Positions 1 to 9,380 are shown, counted from the stretch's first letter. The stretch is DNA of 64,000 nt from Candidatus Latescibacterota bacterium (GCA_965237675.1 OZ250150.1:5504001-5568000), one strand, 5' to 3'. Notes: generated by a model from the letters alone, not told the origin. Numbers and translations are program-made.

Positions 1-1190
1 CTCCGCAATCGGGGCTCGATATCCAACAGCGCGGCTGCCAACCACCGATATCGCTGATCGGAGTTGTTCCATCGTTTCACATTACGGGTGCGCTGTGCGA
101 TCATGGCGTTGAGGGATTCGATGCAGTTGGTGGTGCGAAACGATTGCTTGAGTTGTGGCATCAGTCCCAGGCGATGGAGGGTGAGGGTTTCTTCGAGCCC
201 TTCCTCCAGGCTGTTGAGGGCCGATGCATTCATCAGGGTCAGGGAGGGCTTGAGGGCATACAGCGCGGCTTTGGCTTCTTTGTAGGTGTCCATGTCGTAG
301 GCACTTTGAAGCGCTTTCTTGACCTCACTCTGCTGTGTCTTGGGCAAATAGGCGATCACGTTCTCCCGTTTGTGCCACTGACAGCGTTGAATGGCGACAT
401 AACCGGAAAGGGCTTTTGTGAGGGCACTATACAAGCCCTTTGAGCCGTCGATGAGGCAAAGCAGCCCTTGGTGATACTGCAATCCGCGATCGATGAGCGA
501 ATCGACAAACTGGCGGCACACGCGCTCATTTTCGCTGGCGGCCTGCACGAACCCCAGCGGGATCTTGTGCCCGTCGATGGTCACGCCAAGGGCGATGATC
601 ATTTCCTGATCGGCAAAGGTCTTGCCATCCATAAACAGCCCCACCAGGTCATAGCCCGAAAGAAACCGTTCTTGAAACTGTCTCAGCTTGGCCGCCGATG
701 CCCTGATGAACCGCCTCGAGACACTCGATGAAGACAAGCCAAACGCCTCGGGTATCGCCTCTGCGCAACTGGCGTAAGAACGCGTCGCAATGCCGCTGAC
801 CACGCGCAGCAGCAACCCTCCGTCCATGTTTCTGGGTCGCTGCAAGTGGTGATATACCTCCAGAGGAACTTCCTCATTGGCTTCCACGTCACGCACCCTG
901 GGCACCGTAATGGGCACTTTTTGATCCGACAGATACACCGATCCCGGTTGAGCGCCCCACCGACGATTCGGGGTCTTGCCCGCTTTACGACTGTGTTTCT
1001 TGCCCGTCAACCCGGCAACCTCTTGCTGCAAGATTTCTGCCACAGCGTCCAGACCAAGCGGGATCAGCGCTTGGATCAATGCCACACGGACGTCAACATC
1101 CTCCAGGGCTTCTCCCAGGAAGGCGCCAGACGTCACCCCGGCATCCCTATTCGACTTGACTTCACGGAGGTTCGACGGTACTTTTTTCAT
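1..1190 (-). CDS. IS256/Mutator-family DDE transposase (3' end outside window)
   Basis: Manual translation from ATG 1190 (GGAG RBS at 1197-1200) gives LFMDGKTF, LLCLIDGSKGL, QRCQWHKRENV and FRTTNCIESLN...RTRNVKRW, which are IS256 hallmark motifs. It is missing from the ORF track because there is no stop in the window. Confidence 0.92.
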   Translation of the reverse strand, partial: MKKVPSNLREVKSNRDAGVTSGAFLGEALEDVDVRVALIQALIPLGLDAVAEILQQEVAGLTGKKHSRKAGKTPNRRWGAQPGSVYLSDQKVPITVPRVRDVEANEEVPLEVYHHLQRPRNMDGGLLLRVVSGIATRSYASCAEAIPEAFGLSSSSVSRRFIRASAAKLRQFQERFLSGYDLVGLFMDGKTFADQEMIIALGVTIDGHKIPLGFVQAASENERVCRQFVDSLIDRGLQYHQGLLCLIDGSKGLYSALTKALSGYVAIQRCQWHKRENVIAYLPKTQQSEVKKALQSAYDMDTYKEAKAALYALKPSLTLMNASALNSLEEGLEETLTLHRLGLMPQLKQSFRTTNCIESLNAMIAQRTRNVKRWNNSDQRYRWLAAALLDIEPRLR

Positions 1191-1291
1191 CACAGGCTCC
1201 TTTGGTTGAGGATACGGTCTTCTTCGTCGAGACTGCCGTATCCAATTTACATCGGAGCCTCTTCTATTTCAACTAAGATAGGCACAATCCC
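1..1291 (-). mobile_element. IS256-family insertion sequence (partial; runs off window start), inserted into the 3' end of cas3
   Basis: Transposase ORF on the minus strand. Putative terminal repeat GGGATTGTGCCTATCTTAGTTGAAA at ~1291-1267, exactly where Cas3 similarity appears to stop. The other end and the target duplication are outside the window. Confidence 0.85.
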
Positions 1292-3368
1292 CGCGCAAAT
1301 CCTTGCGAGTAAAGCGCAGACCCTCTATTTGAGGGCGGCTTCGGATAGCGGCTACCTTTTCCAAGGCTTTCTCCCTTGGCGCAATTACGGCCTGGGTGTC
1401 GTCAGAAATTACCTTTGCCTTGCGGGCTACTTCACGGAAACGCAATGCCTCCCGATCCTCCTGAATGGAGCATTCCCGTTGGCGATGATGATCCGTGGGC
1501 ACGTATTGAAAAAGCTCGCCAAAGTAACGACTGAACAGATCCGGCTCGTTGGTCAAGTCATCCGCAGACAACTGATCCAGCAACCGCACCGCAATGTCCG
1601 TGGCTACCCGATACACGCCGCCGGGCAGCTTGGCGTCCGTTGGCCGGAAAACCACCACGCGCCCCTTGCCCGGTAGGCGGCCTTCCCGATTGCACCGTCC
1701 AGCTGCCTGCACAATCGAATCCAGCGGCCCCAATGCGCGGTAAACCAACGGGAAATCAATATCCACCCCGGCCTCTACCACCTGAGTAGATACCAACCAG
1801 CAGAACCTGCCTTCCCTCAAACGCCGATGGACTTTTTTTAACACCTGGGTTCGATGTTCTGCACACATTGAGGAAGAAAGATGGAATACGCTTCTCAGTT
1901 TCGCTACCAACGCTTCTCTGCTCAATTCCCCCTCGTTTAGAGAAACCCGCAGCCGTTCCCACCATTCGGTAGCCTGTCTGCGCGTATTCACGACGCCCAA
2001 GGCTTGAGGCTCGCTCGCCCATTCCGCAGCCAATTCTGACCAATCGCTCTCCGTGGTTCGCACCTCGTACACTACCCGGCCCAACTTCTGAAACAACTCG
2101 CCATGCTGTGACGCGACTTCCTTCATTTCATCCGCATCAAACCCATTCGACAACGACGTGCTGCGCCTAAAGGCCGGTTGGGTAGCGGTAGAGAAAACGA
2201 AACTCGTGCGATAGTGTTTCTCAAGATCGCGTAGCACGTGCAGGAGCGGATTGAGCAGATACGAAGGCAGGGTCTGCACCTCATCCAGCAATACCACGGC
2301 ATTCGCGATGTTGTGCAGTTTCCGGCACTTGGAGGTACGGTTGGCGAAGAGTGACTCGATGAACTGCACCGAGGTAGTGACGACAATTGGCGCATCCCAG
2401 TTCTCCGCCGCCAGTTCCCCTGGGGATCGGACTTGCTCCTCATCGTCATCCTTTGCGACCACGGCCGAATGGTGTTCAATCACGATGCCTTCGTCTTGGG
2501 GATCGAGTATGTTGCGGTATTCGGCGGCGTTCTGCTCAATAATTGACAGGTAAGGTATCACCACTATAACCCGCTGCATTCCATGCGCCCGCGCATGTTC
2601 CAAGGCAAAGGCCATGCTCGATAGTGTTTTGCCCCCACCCGTCGGCACGGTCAAAGAAAAGAAGCCTGCTGGCTCCGCCGCCTTCGCCAAGCAGTCTTCA
2701 AACACTCTGTTGCGCAACTTATTGAGTTCGCCGGACGCATCAAACTTGCTCCGGTGCGCTTGCAGTCGCTCCAGCAACAACGCGGCATCCATCTTAACTG
2801 GATGTCGTTGCCGACGGATGTTGAATTGTTCCGTATCCAGAAAATCCGCATCAACCAGGCAGGAAAACAACATCCGCACGTATAATTCCGTGGTGGCCTT
2901 GTCTTTCGCGGGATTGGCAAATTCCGGATCGACTATCTCGTCCCGAATTTCCCCCAGTTCTGCTTCAAATCGCTTTACCAGAGTATCGAGCCGACTGATG
3001 GCATCGTACTTCTTTCCGCAAACCAATGCCTGCAAATCACTCACGTCATGTAGTCCCGCGTGATGCCCCGCGATGGCAAAGGCTGGGCCGAGCCAGTTCT
3101 GCCGAAAAGCCAGCGCGGCACCATACATCGCATGATGAGTTTCAACTGATCCCGGGCGCTCGCCTGCCAGATATTCCTGGAATGGATCCCGATACTTACC
3201 TAAGTCGTGGAGCAGCCCGGTCCATTTCGCAGCCAGACCGAACGGTTCGCCGAATTCACGAGCCTTGTCCGCCACGTTGCGCAGATGCTCGGATAACGGT
3301 TGCCAGCGCGATCTGTCGGAATCGCGTTCCCTCATAGCTGTTTCGGCTGTGTGGGCGTAATAGTTCAT
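1269..3368 (-). CDS. cas3: CRISPR-associated Cas3 HD nuclease-helicase (type I, I-C-like), C-terminus truncated by IS256
   Basis: HD domain (YAHT, EHL, LHDLGK, GHHAGL), helicase motifs VPTGGGKT, DEVQ, STATQP, STQVVEAGVDIDF and QAAGRCNREG. The last residues (GDCAYLS) are read from the IS end. Confidence 0.95.
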   Translation of the reverse strand: MNYYAHTAETAMRERDSDRSRWQPLSEHLRNVADKAREFGEPFGLAAKWTGLLHDLGKYRDPFQEYLAGERPGSVETHHAMYGAALAFRQNWLGPAFAIAGHHAGLHDVSDLQALVCGKKYDAISRLDTLVKRFEAELGEIRDEIVDPEFANPAKDKATTELYVRMLFSCLVDADFLDTEQFNIRRQRHPVKMDAALLLERLQAHRSKFDASGELNKLRNRVFEDCLAKAAEPAGFFSLTVPTGGGKTLSSMAFALEHARAHGMQRVIVVIPYLSIIEQNAAEYRNILDPQDEGIVIEHHSAVVAKDDDEEQVRSPGELAAENWDAPIVVTTSVQFIESLFANRTSKCRKLHNIANAVVLLDEVQTLPSYLLNPLLHVLRDLEKHYRTSFVFSTATQPAFRRSTSLSNGFDADEMKEVASQHGELFQKLGRVVYEVRTTESDWSELAAEWASEPQALGVVNTRRQATEWWERLRVSLNEGELSREALVAKLRSVFHLSSSMCAEHRTQVLKKVHRRLREGRFCWLVSTQVVEAGVDIDFPLVYRALGPLDSIVQAAGRCNREGRLPGKGRVVVFRPTDAKLPGGVYRVATDIAVRLLDQLSADDLTNEPDLFSRYFGELFQYVPTDHHRQRECSIQEDREALRFREVARKAKVISDDTQAVIAPREKALEKVAAIRSRPQIEGLRFTRKDLRGDCAYLS

Positions 3369-3441
3369 GGTTGACCATCCAAGAGTATGCCAAATTCACG
3401 ATGCCAATGAGGGCGTCAGACACTTTTTCTTTTCTTCACAT

Positions 3442-3614
3442 CTACCAGCCTGCCTTCAACAGAACGGCCGGCAGCCGCTTCATTTCTTCGTTGCGCGGCT
3501 CGCCCGTGGCACGAGCGAATCGAACGCGCCGGTATCGACCAGGAATTTCCCGGTCCGGCTTCACCTCGGATCCGCGGGGTTGCGGATGGTTACGTCAACG
3601 TACGTCGCACCCAT
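3442..3614 (-). pseudogene. Clan AA (retropepsin-like) aspartic protease remnant, internally deleted
   Basis: Reads MGATYVDVTIRNPADPR*SRTGKFLVDTGAFDSLVPR (DTG motif, in-frame TGA), then jumps to a C-terminus PRNEEMKRLPAVLLKAGW*. Confidence 0.75.
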
Positions 3615-3658
3615 TTTGCTTTTCCTTAGGGGTTTGGGTCCGTCCCTACGGTACGCAT

Positions 3659-3687
3659 ATTATAGTGAAATTTTGTGCACTACGCAA
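3659..3687 (-). promoter_or_regulatory. sigma70-like promoter upstream of the protease remnant and cas3
   Basis: TTGCGT-N17-TATAAT. A related copy with a 16-bp spacer is at 7538-7565. Confidence 0.55.
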
Positions 3688-3865
3688 GGTACTGTCGCGC
3701 TGCGCCTGATTTTCCAAACCATTTTTCAAAGGCGATTGGGCGTTCGGGCCCATTGCCCGTGCCGTTTGAAACGACATCCGCCCAATATACCACAGAGGGC
3801 ACATACGATGTCTCGAACCAGGTCAAGCGCAACGCCGCCCAGACCGAGCAGGAACAGAATCACCA

Positions 3866-4257
3866 GCGCCGCGACGTTGCGGGCAAGATGCCCGCGCTCC
3901 CAGGAGTCGCAAGCAGCTTACAGCTATCAGCGGTCAGCGTACAGCCAGAAGCAAAAAGCCCATCAGACCACCCAACCAAACCCCATCCACCGGCAAGTAG
4001 TGAGACCTCAGAAGCAATAGGCCATTCAGTTGATGTCAGCGCCGTGACGTTGCGGGCAAGATGCCCGCGCTCCCAGGTGTTGCAAAATGCGACAGCGGCG
4101 TGGGAAAACAGCTGGCAGCGGATAGCAATCAGCCGTAAGGCATAAAGCAAACAGCGGCGATTTCATTTGAACCCCGTCGGCGCCAAATAGAGGGCAACCA
4201 CAAGGGTTGCCCCTACAAACGCAACGACAGCGCTTTCGGGTGTTGCAAAATGCAACA
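3866..4257. repeat. Mosaic REP-like repeat cluster
   Basis: TGCGGGCAAGATGCCCGCGCTCCCAGG hairpin twice (~3878, ~4051), GTAGGGGCAACCCTTGTGGTTGCCC in reverse (~4192-4216), CAGCGGT/CAGCTAT heptamers, and TGTTGCA-AAA-TGCRACA boxes. Confidence 0.75.
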
Positions 4258-4372
4258 GCAGTGGAAGATGCAAGAGCACCACTCACTATCCGTCTCGTTT
4301 CTCACGATTCCATGTGATTCGACCGCCAGAGTAAATATTTCGGATGCGGAAGATTTTGGGGAGCTCCCTGAT

Positions 4373-5341
4373 TCACATCCTCTCCTCATACATCTCCCCG
4401 GCCGCAATCATGTCCGCCGCGATCTCACGTCTCAGGTCCACTGGCGCCAGCACCTCGCACTCCGGCCCCCATCCTCGAATCCACGGTTTCATCTCCAGCG
4501 TGTGCTTCACCCTGAGCCGCAGCCGACACCCGCCGTCAGGCTCATCCGCCACCTCTACGACGCCAGGCCAGTCCGATTCCCGCACGCGGTACGCCACCCT
4601 CGCTGAAAACCGCAGTGCCACCTCCACAACTTCCTCCCCACCCATAATGCCCCAAGAGTGCTGCAGAAAGTCATACGGATCGAATCCATTCCGCGCACCA
4701 AACGCCGTCTCCAGCAGCGTTGCCCGTTTGATGCGCTCCACCTTGAACTCCCGAATATCCCTCCGCAGATGGTCATATCCGATGACATAGCAGGCGTATC
4801 CCACGGGTGACGGCTCGATGAAGTAGGGATCAATGGTGCGCTCCGTGGTTTCGCCGGTCTGCGGGTTGTGATAGATCAGACGCACCTGCCTGCGTTCGGA
4901 CCAGGCGCTCGTGAGGGTTTCCAGAACGCGCATATGATCGGGATCGGGTCTGCGTTTGTCGGCAACCTCAGCGGTTCGATTGATGTGTTCGCCAATGGAC
5001 TCCGGCATAGCGCTTGCAAGTTTCTCGAGGGCAGACACTACGTGCGGATTGTGTTCGTCGCTGTGCGCGGAGAGCAGGCGCGCGGCCAGATACAGTGCCA
5101 GGGCCTCGTGCAAATTGACCCGGACGGTGGTCAGATAACGGTCTTTCAGCACACCGAACCGGCCGTCATCCTCCCATATCGGTGATCCCGCCTCCTCCAG
5201 CGACCGAAGATCCCGATACACCGTACTCCGATGCACGCCGAATCGGGTGGCGATATCCGTCGCTTTCCTCCCACCCGCGGATCGATACAGAAACGTCTCG
5301 ATCGCCTTGAGGCGTTCGGCGCGGGTCATCGTTCGTTCCAT
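4373..5341 (-). CDS. HTH-WYL-domain transcriptional regulator (YafY/PafB-like), copy 1
   Basis: N-terminal wHTH (IATRFGVHRSTVYRDL), WYL core (ERTIDPY...YVIGYDHLRRDIREFKVERI) and WCX tail (WIRGWGPECEVLAP). ATG at 5341 with a GGAGGA RBS. Confidence 0.92.
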   Translation of the reverse strand: MERTMTRAERLKAIETFLYRSAGGRKATDIATRFGVHRSTVYRDLRSLEEAGSPIWEDDGRFGVLKDRYLTTVRVNLHEALALYLAARLLSAHSDEHNPHVVSALEKLASAMPESIGEHINRTAEVADKRRPDPDHMRVLETLTSAWSERRQVRLIYHNPQTGETTERTIDPYFIEPSPVGYACYVIGYDHLRRDIREFKVERIKRATLLETAFGARNGFDPYDFLQHSWGIMGGEEVVEVALRFSARVAYRVRESDWPGVVEVADEPDGGCRLRLRVKHTLEMKPWIRGWGPECEVLAPVDLRREIAADMIAAGEMYEERM

Positions 5342-5377
5342 TTGGAATCCTCCACCTGCGATAAAATAAACATCAGT

Positions 5378-5396
5378 TGTCGCAACTATTGCGACA
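5378..5396. promoter_or_regulatory. Palindromic operator upstream of the WYL gene (probable autoregulatory site)
   Basis: Perfect inverted repeat TGTCGCAA-CTA-TTGCGACA about 37 bp upstream of the start codon. Confidence 0.6.
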
Positions 5397-5524
5397 GTCC
5401 GCAAAAAAAAATCGCGGACAGCAATCAGTTCACAGCAGTCAGCCAGAAGAAAACAGCGAGAAGCCAACCAGGCGAACGTCACCGCCGTGACGTGGCGATT
5501 GGCTAACCAGGTACTTAAAGGGGA

Positions 5525-5692
5525 TTAACAGTCCGTTGATAAAGTCGCTCTGCAGGCGAGGCCGAGTCATTGTGGCCGAAGATAAGGCGCGCGACCGCGT
5601 CGAATCGGGGGATTCGGGGAGGGAGTGCAACGCAGTAATTCGGCCACAAGGGCCGGCCGCAGCCCGGATGGACTTTTTCAACGGGCTGTTAA
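5525..5692. mobile_element. MITE (IS5/IS1182-like ends)
   Basis: Terminal inverted repeats TTAACAGTCCGTTGATAAAGTC / GACTTTTTCAACGGGCTGTTAA (20/22 match), no transposase. Confidence 0.75.
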
Positions 5693-5768
5693 GGGCGCAC
5701 CAGAACAAAGCCTGCCAATAGGTAATACTGGCAGGCGAGTTGTTGACGGGATTGTCGGGCGGATGTTT

Positions 5769-6017
5769 TTACTCTTTGGCGTTTATTTTTGCTTCGTTCG
5801 CGGCAACGCGCTCCCCGAAGGAATCCAAACGTAAATCAATTGCATCAAACTTGGTTTCCATTTTATTTTCTAATTCGCCTATTCTTTGAGTCAGTCGATC
5901 TTCCAATCTATCTATTCTTTGATTGATTCCAGATGAGAAACTCCATAGAGATCCCCATAAGGCCAGTAGAAAAATGGCGAATCGAAGATTGTCTTCATTG
6001 AAGATTTTACCGTTCAT
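5769..6017 (-). CDS. Small membrane-anchored coiled-coil protein (82 aa), copy 1
   Basis: One hydrophobic segment followed by heptad-like RIDRLEDRL...IDLRLD; AT-rich; upstream TTGACA-N16-TAGATT at ~6064-6091. Confidence 0.65.
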   Translation of the reverse strand: MNGKIFNEDNLRFAIFLLALWGSLWSFSSGINQRIDRLEDRLTQRIGELENKMETKFDAIDLRLDSFGERVAANEAKINAKE

Positions 6018-6416
6018 GTTACACCCCGGAGGATGGATTTGCCGTGTGCTCCGTTACAGTAGAAATCTAACATATCCGGGGGTCTTGTCAAGCCGAAATG
6101 TTTCACGGGAGATTGCTATGAGTTCTACGGATGAAGGTCGGGAAAAGCCGGTTGTGGAGGTTGCGGACAGTCCGTATCAACCGACGAAGGCGGAGATGGA
6201 AGAGGATTCATTAAATCATAGAGAATTTCTGCAACCTATGCAAGACGTTGACGTAGCGGGACGGTATTTCCAGACCACGGACTGGTGGCGACCGGCCGGT
6301 CGCCCCTACGGATACCGCGTAGCGATCAGCCGTTTGCTAACAACGTAAGGCAGACTGCGCGGGAGCCCGGGATTCTGGTTGCCAGATTGTTTGTTATAAC
6401 GTACAATACATCTCTG

Positions 6417-6739
6417 ATGGGATTCACCGTTGAAATCTACGTCGCTCAAAACGGCAGAAAACCGGTCGCTGAATGGTTCGGCGCTCTCCGCGATATCCGG
6501 ACACAGGCTCGCATAGAAGCCCGTCTCCGCCGATTGAGTCTGGGCCTTTTCGGCGATCACCGGCCGCTTGGTAGAGGTGTCTTGAGATGCGACTCGATTT
6601 CGGTCCGGGTTTTCAAATCTATTTCACACGTTTCACTGCAGACTATTTACTCCTGCTCTGTGGCGGAGACAAGAGCACGCAGCAGAGAGATATCCAGCGG
6701 GCAATATCGTACCTGACTGACTACAAGGAGCGCTCCTGA
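6417..6739 (+). pseudogene. RelE/HigB-like addiction-module killer toxin (HI1419-like), frameshifted
   Basis: MGFTVEIYVAQNGRKPVAEWF..RIEARLRRLSLGLFGDHRPLGRGV, then a 1-nt shift near 6582 into EMRLDFGPGFQIYF...LLLCGGDKSTQQRDIQRA. TGATG overlap with the antitoxin. Confidence 0.85.
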
Positions 6740-7050
6740 TGAAGCCTTCCGTCCCGTTTAAAAAACACCATTTCGAATTCCTGAGTGATCCGGAACGCGC
6801 TCGCGCCTACCTCGAGGTCGCCCTGGAGGATTACGCCAGAGACAAGGACAGATCGATCCTTCTGCTTGCGCTCAAGGACGTAGCCACGGTACAGGGCGGG
6901 ATGGGACGATTGGCCCGGCAGGCGAACCTGAACCGAGCCCACGTATACAAGGCGCTTTCCGAAAAGGGCAATCCTCGTCTGGACACAATGGAGAAAATAC
7001 TCAACAGCCTCGGCTTCAGGCTATCTATCGAACCGCTGGCGAAGCAGTAA
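6739..7050 (+). CDS. Addiction-module antidote protein (HI1420-like, Xre HTH)
   Basis: AYLEVALE...LALKDVA..GGMGRLARQANLNRAHVYKALSEKGNPRLDT; translationally coupled to the toxin. Confidence 0.9.
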   Translation: MKPSVPFKKHHFEFLSDPERARAYLEVALEDYARDKDRSILLLALKDVATVQGGMGRLARQANLNRAHVYKALSEKGNPRLDTMEKILNSLGFRLSIEPLAKQ

Positions 7051-7059
7051 CAAGCAACG

Positions 7060-7390
7060 GACAGCGAATAGCGGTCAGCGTACAGCCAAAAGCCAAAACG
7101 TCAACGTCCGCGCACATTGTGTATTCGTAGGGGCAACCCTTGTGGTTGCCCACCTCGCGACGAGCAGCCAACAACGGTTAGCGGTACGGCCTGGCGATGT
7201 CAATTCGCGGATGCCTGGTTTGTCGTAGGGGCGACCGGCCGGTCGCCCCTACGGAAACGGCGCATCGATAGGCGGACCGTTATTAAGAAAAATCAGTCGT
7301 TGGACCTCACCGCCGTGACGCGACAGGACAATAAAGGGCGCGACGATGCGGGCGAGACGCCCGCGTTCCCAGGTGTCGCAAAATGTGACA
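7060..7390. repeat. Mosaic REP-like repeat cluster
   Basis: GTAGGGGCAACCCTTGTGGTTGCCC (~7127), GTAGGGGCGACCGGCCGGTCGCCCCTAC (~7225), TGCGGGCGAGACGCCCGCGTTCCCAGG (~7347), TGTCGCA-AAA-TGTGACA (7374). Confidence 0.75.
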
Positions 7391-7409
7391 ACGGTCCGAG
7401 AACAGCCGC

Positions 7410-7494
7410 GGGAATCGACCGGGAATTTGCCGGTCCAACTGCGTTCCGTATCCGCGGGGTTGAGGATGGTTGCGTCAACACAGGGGGTGCCCAT
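7410..7494 (-). pseudogene. Second, more decayed clan AA aspartic protease 5' remnant
   Basis: MGTPCVDATILNPADTERSWTGKFPVDS aligns with the 3614 remnant, and the upstream promoter region is homologous too. Confidence 0.65.
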
Positions 7495-7850
7495 TGTGCT
7501 TCTCCGCTCGGATCGGTTCCAACGCTTCCATACGCACATTATAGTCAAATTTGTGCACTACGCAAGACATCGCCATGCCCGCGTGCGAAATCTCGACCGT
7601 AGACTTAATCGTCTCAAAACAGTTGCTTTTCGCTGGGAAGTTGGCTATCTCTTGCTCAGCGCCCCAAACGCGCCGCCGCCAACCTGACGACACCGTAATG
7701 CGTCTGTGTCGGCTGCCCGCGCATAGCGTTTCGGTGGAGCATTTCGACCGATTGAAAACAACCCCGAACATCCACCGCAACCACCACAACATCGAAAACA
7801 CGTTGGAATTCGAATGCCGCTAGCACGTGAAAAATTCAAAAGGGGTTTTC

Positions 7851-8051
7851 ATGCTCAGCACGACTCTGGGGATAGTGAAAGACGGCAAAATCGAAACTCT
7901 AGAACGCATCCCGTTGCCCGAAGGAAAGAGGGTATTGGTAACGATCTTACCCGATGATGATATGTTCTGGCAGGAAGCCAGCCGGGAAACCCTGAAGCAG
8001 ATTTGGGACAATAATGAGGACGACGTTTATGTCCGTTTACTTGACGAATGA
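7851..8051 (+). CDS. Putative antitoxin (DUF104/AF2212-like)
   Basis: GIVKDGKIETLERIPLPEGKRVLVTIL with an acidic tail (IWDNNEDDVY); overlaps the downstream MazF-like gene. Confidence 0.7.
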   Translation: MLSTTLGIVKDGKIETLERIPLPEGKRVLVTILPDDDMFWQEASRETLKQIWDNNEDDVYVRLLDE

Positions 8052-8361
8052 TATCGTGCTCGTCCGATATCCGTTTTCTGACTTGCAGGTATCCAAAGTG
8101 CGTCCGGCCATTATTGTGAGTGCGCTCCATATTTCTCAGGATGTCTTTATTGTCCCACTAACCAGCAGAATAACAAATCTCCTGTCGGGCGAGTTCGTGT
8201 TAGAGAATTGGAAGGAATCGGGACTCAATGTTGCGTCTACCGTTAAACGAGGCATATATACGATTCATCAGAGCTTGATTTTCAAGAAACTTGGATGCCT
8301 CGCACAAAACGATCAAACGACCTTGATTGCATCTTTGCGACGTTGGCTGAACCTCAAATAG
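8029..8361 (+). CDS. PemK/MazF-family toxin
   Basis: DIVLVRYPFSD...KVRPAIIVS...VPLTS...GL..S.VK motif set. Confidence 0.88.
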   Translation: MSVYLTNDIVLVRYPFSDLQVSKVRPAIIVSALHISQDVFIVPLTSRITNLLSGEFVLENWKESGLNVASTVKRGIYTIHQSLIFKKLGCLAQNDQTTLIASLRRWLNLK

Positions 8362-9325
8362 ATTTCGATTCATACACCTCCCCAGCCGCGATCATGTCCG
8401 CCGCGATGTCACGCCTCAGGTCCTCCGGGGCCAGCACCTCGCAGTCCGGGCCCCACCCTCGAATCCACGGTTTCATCTCCAGCGTGTGCTTCACCCTGAG
8501 CCGCAGCCGACACCCGCCGTCAGGCTCATCCGCCACCTCTACGACGCCAGGCCAGTCCGATTCCCGCACGCGGTACGCCACCCTCGCTGAAAACCGCAGT
8601 GCCACCTCCACAACTTCCTCCCCACCCATAATGCCCCAAGAGTGCTGCAGAAAGTCATACGGATCGAATCCATTCCGCGCACCAAACGCCGTCTCCAGCA
8701 GCGTTGCCCGTTTGATGCGCTCCACCTTGAACTCCCGAATATCCCTCCGCAGATGGTCATATCCGATGACATAGCAGGCGTATCCCACGGGTGACGGCTC
8801 GATGAAGTAGGGATCAATGGTGCGCTCCGTGGTTTCGCCGGTCTGCGGGTTGTGATAGATCAGACGCACCTGCCTGCGTTCGGACCAGGCGCTCGTGAGG
8901 GTTTCCAGAACGCGCATATGATCGGGATCGGGTCTGCGTTTGTCGGCAACCTCAGCGGTTCGATTGATGTGTTCGCCAATGGACTCCGGCATAGCGCTTG
9001 CAAGTTTCTCGAGGGCAGACACTACGTGCGGATTGTGTTCGTCGCTGTGCGCGGAGAGCAGGCGCGCGGCCAGATACAGTGCCAGGGCCTCGTGCAAATT
9101 GACCCGGACGGTGGTCAGATAACGGTCTTTCAGCACACCGAACCGGCCGTCATCCTCCCATATCGGTGATCCCGCCTCCTCCAGCGACCGAAGATCCCGA
9201 TACACCGTACTCCGATGCACGCCGAATCGGGTGGCGATATCCGTCGCTTTCCTCCCACCCGCGGATCGATACAGAAACGTCTCGATCGCCTTGAGGCGTT
9301 CGGCGCGGGTCATCGTTCGTTCCAT
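8354..9325 (-). CDS. HTH-WYL-domain transcriptional regulator, copy 2 (different 3' end)
   Basis: Same as copy 1 except the last ~33 codons. Confidence 0.92.
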   Translation of the reverse strand: MERTMTRAERLKAIETFLYRSAGGRKATDIATRFGVHRSTVYRDLRSLEEAGSPIWEDDGRFGVLKDRYLTTVRVNLHEALALYLAARLLSAHSDEHNPHVVSALEKLASAMPESIGEHINRTAEVADKRRPDPDHMRVLETLTSAWSERRQVRLIYHNPQTGETTERTIDPYFIEPSPVGYACYVIGYDHLRRDIREFKVERIKRATLLETAFGARNGFDPYDFLQHSWGIMGGEEVVEVALRFSARVAYRVRESDWPGVVEVADEPDGGCRLRLRVKHTLEMKPWIRGWGPDCEVLAPEDLRRDIAADMIAAGEVYESKSI

Positions 9326-9361
9326 TTGGAATCCTCCACCTGCGATAAAATAAACATCAGT

Positions 9362-9380
9362 TGTCGCAACTATTGCGACA
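9362..9380. promoter_or_regulatory. Palindromic operator upstream of WYL copy 2
   Basis: TGTCGCAA-CTA-TTGCGACA. Confidence 0.6.

Larger units (their letters stand above)
4473..6311. repeat. Tandem duplication unit, copy 1 (copy 2 = 8457-10448)
   Basis: Apparently identical sequence and identical ORF translations at offsets 3984 and 4137. Copy 2 has a 153-bp extra segment at 9442-9594. Confidence 0.95.

Noticed and set aside
144-1676. Plus-strand ORFs 144-443, 468-731 and 846-1676
   Set aside because: Antisense shadows of the IS256 transposase and cas3.
4386-8456. DGR template/variable repeat pair at the WYL 3' ends
   Set aside because: Differences are mostly synonymous third positions rather than adenine-specific, and no reverse transcriptase is present.
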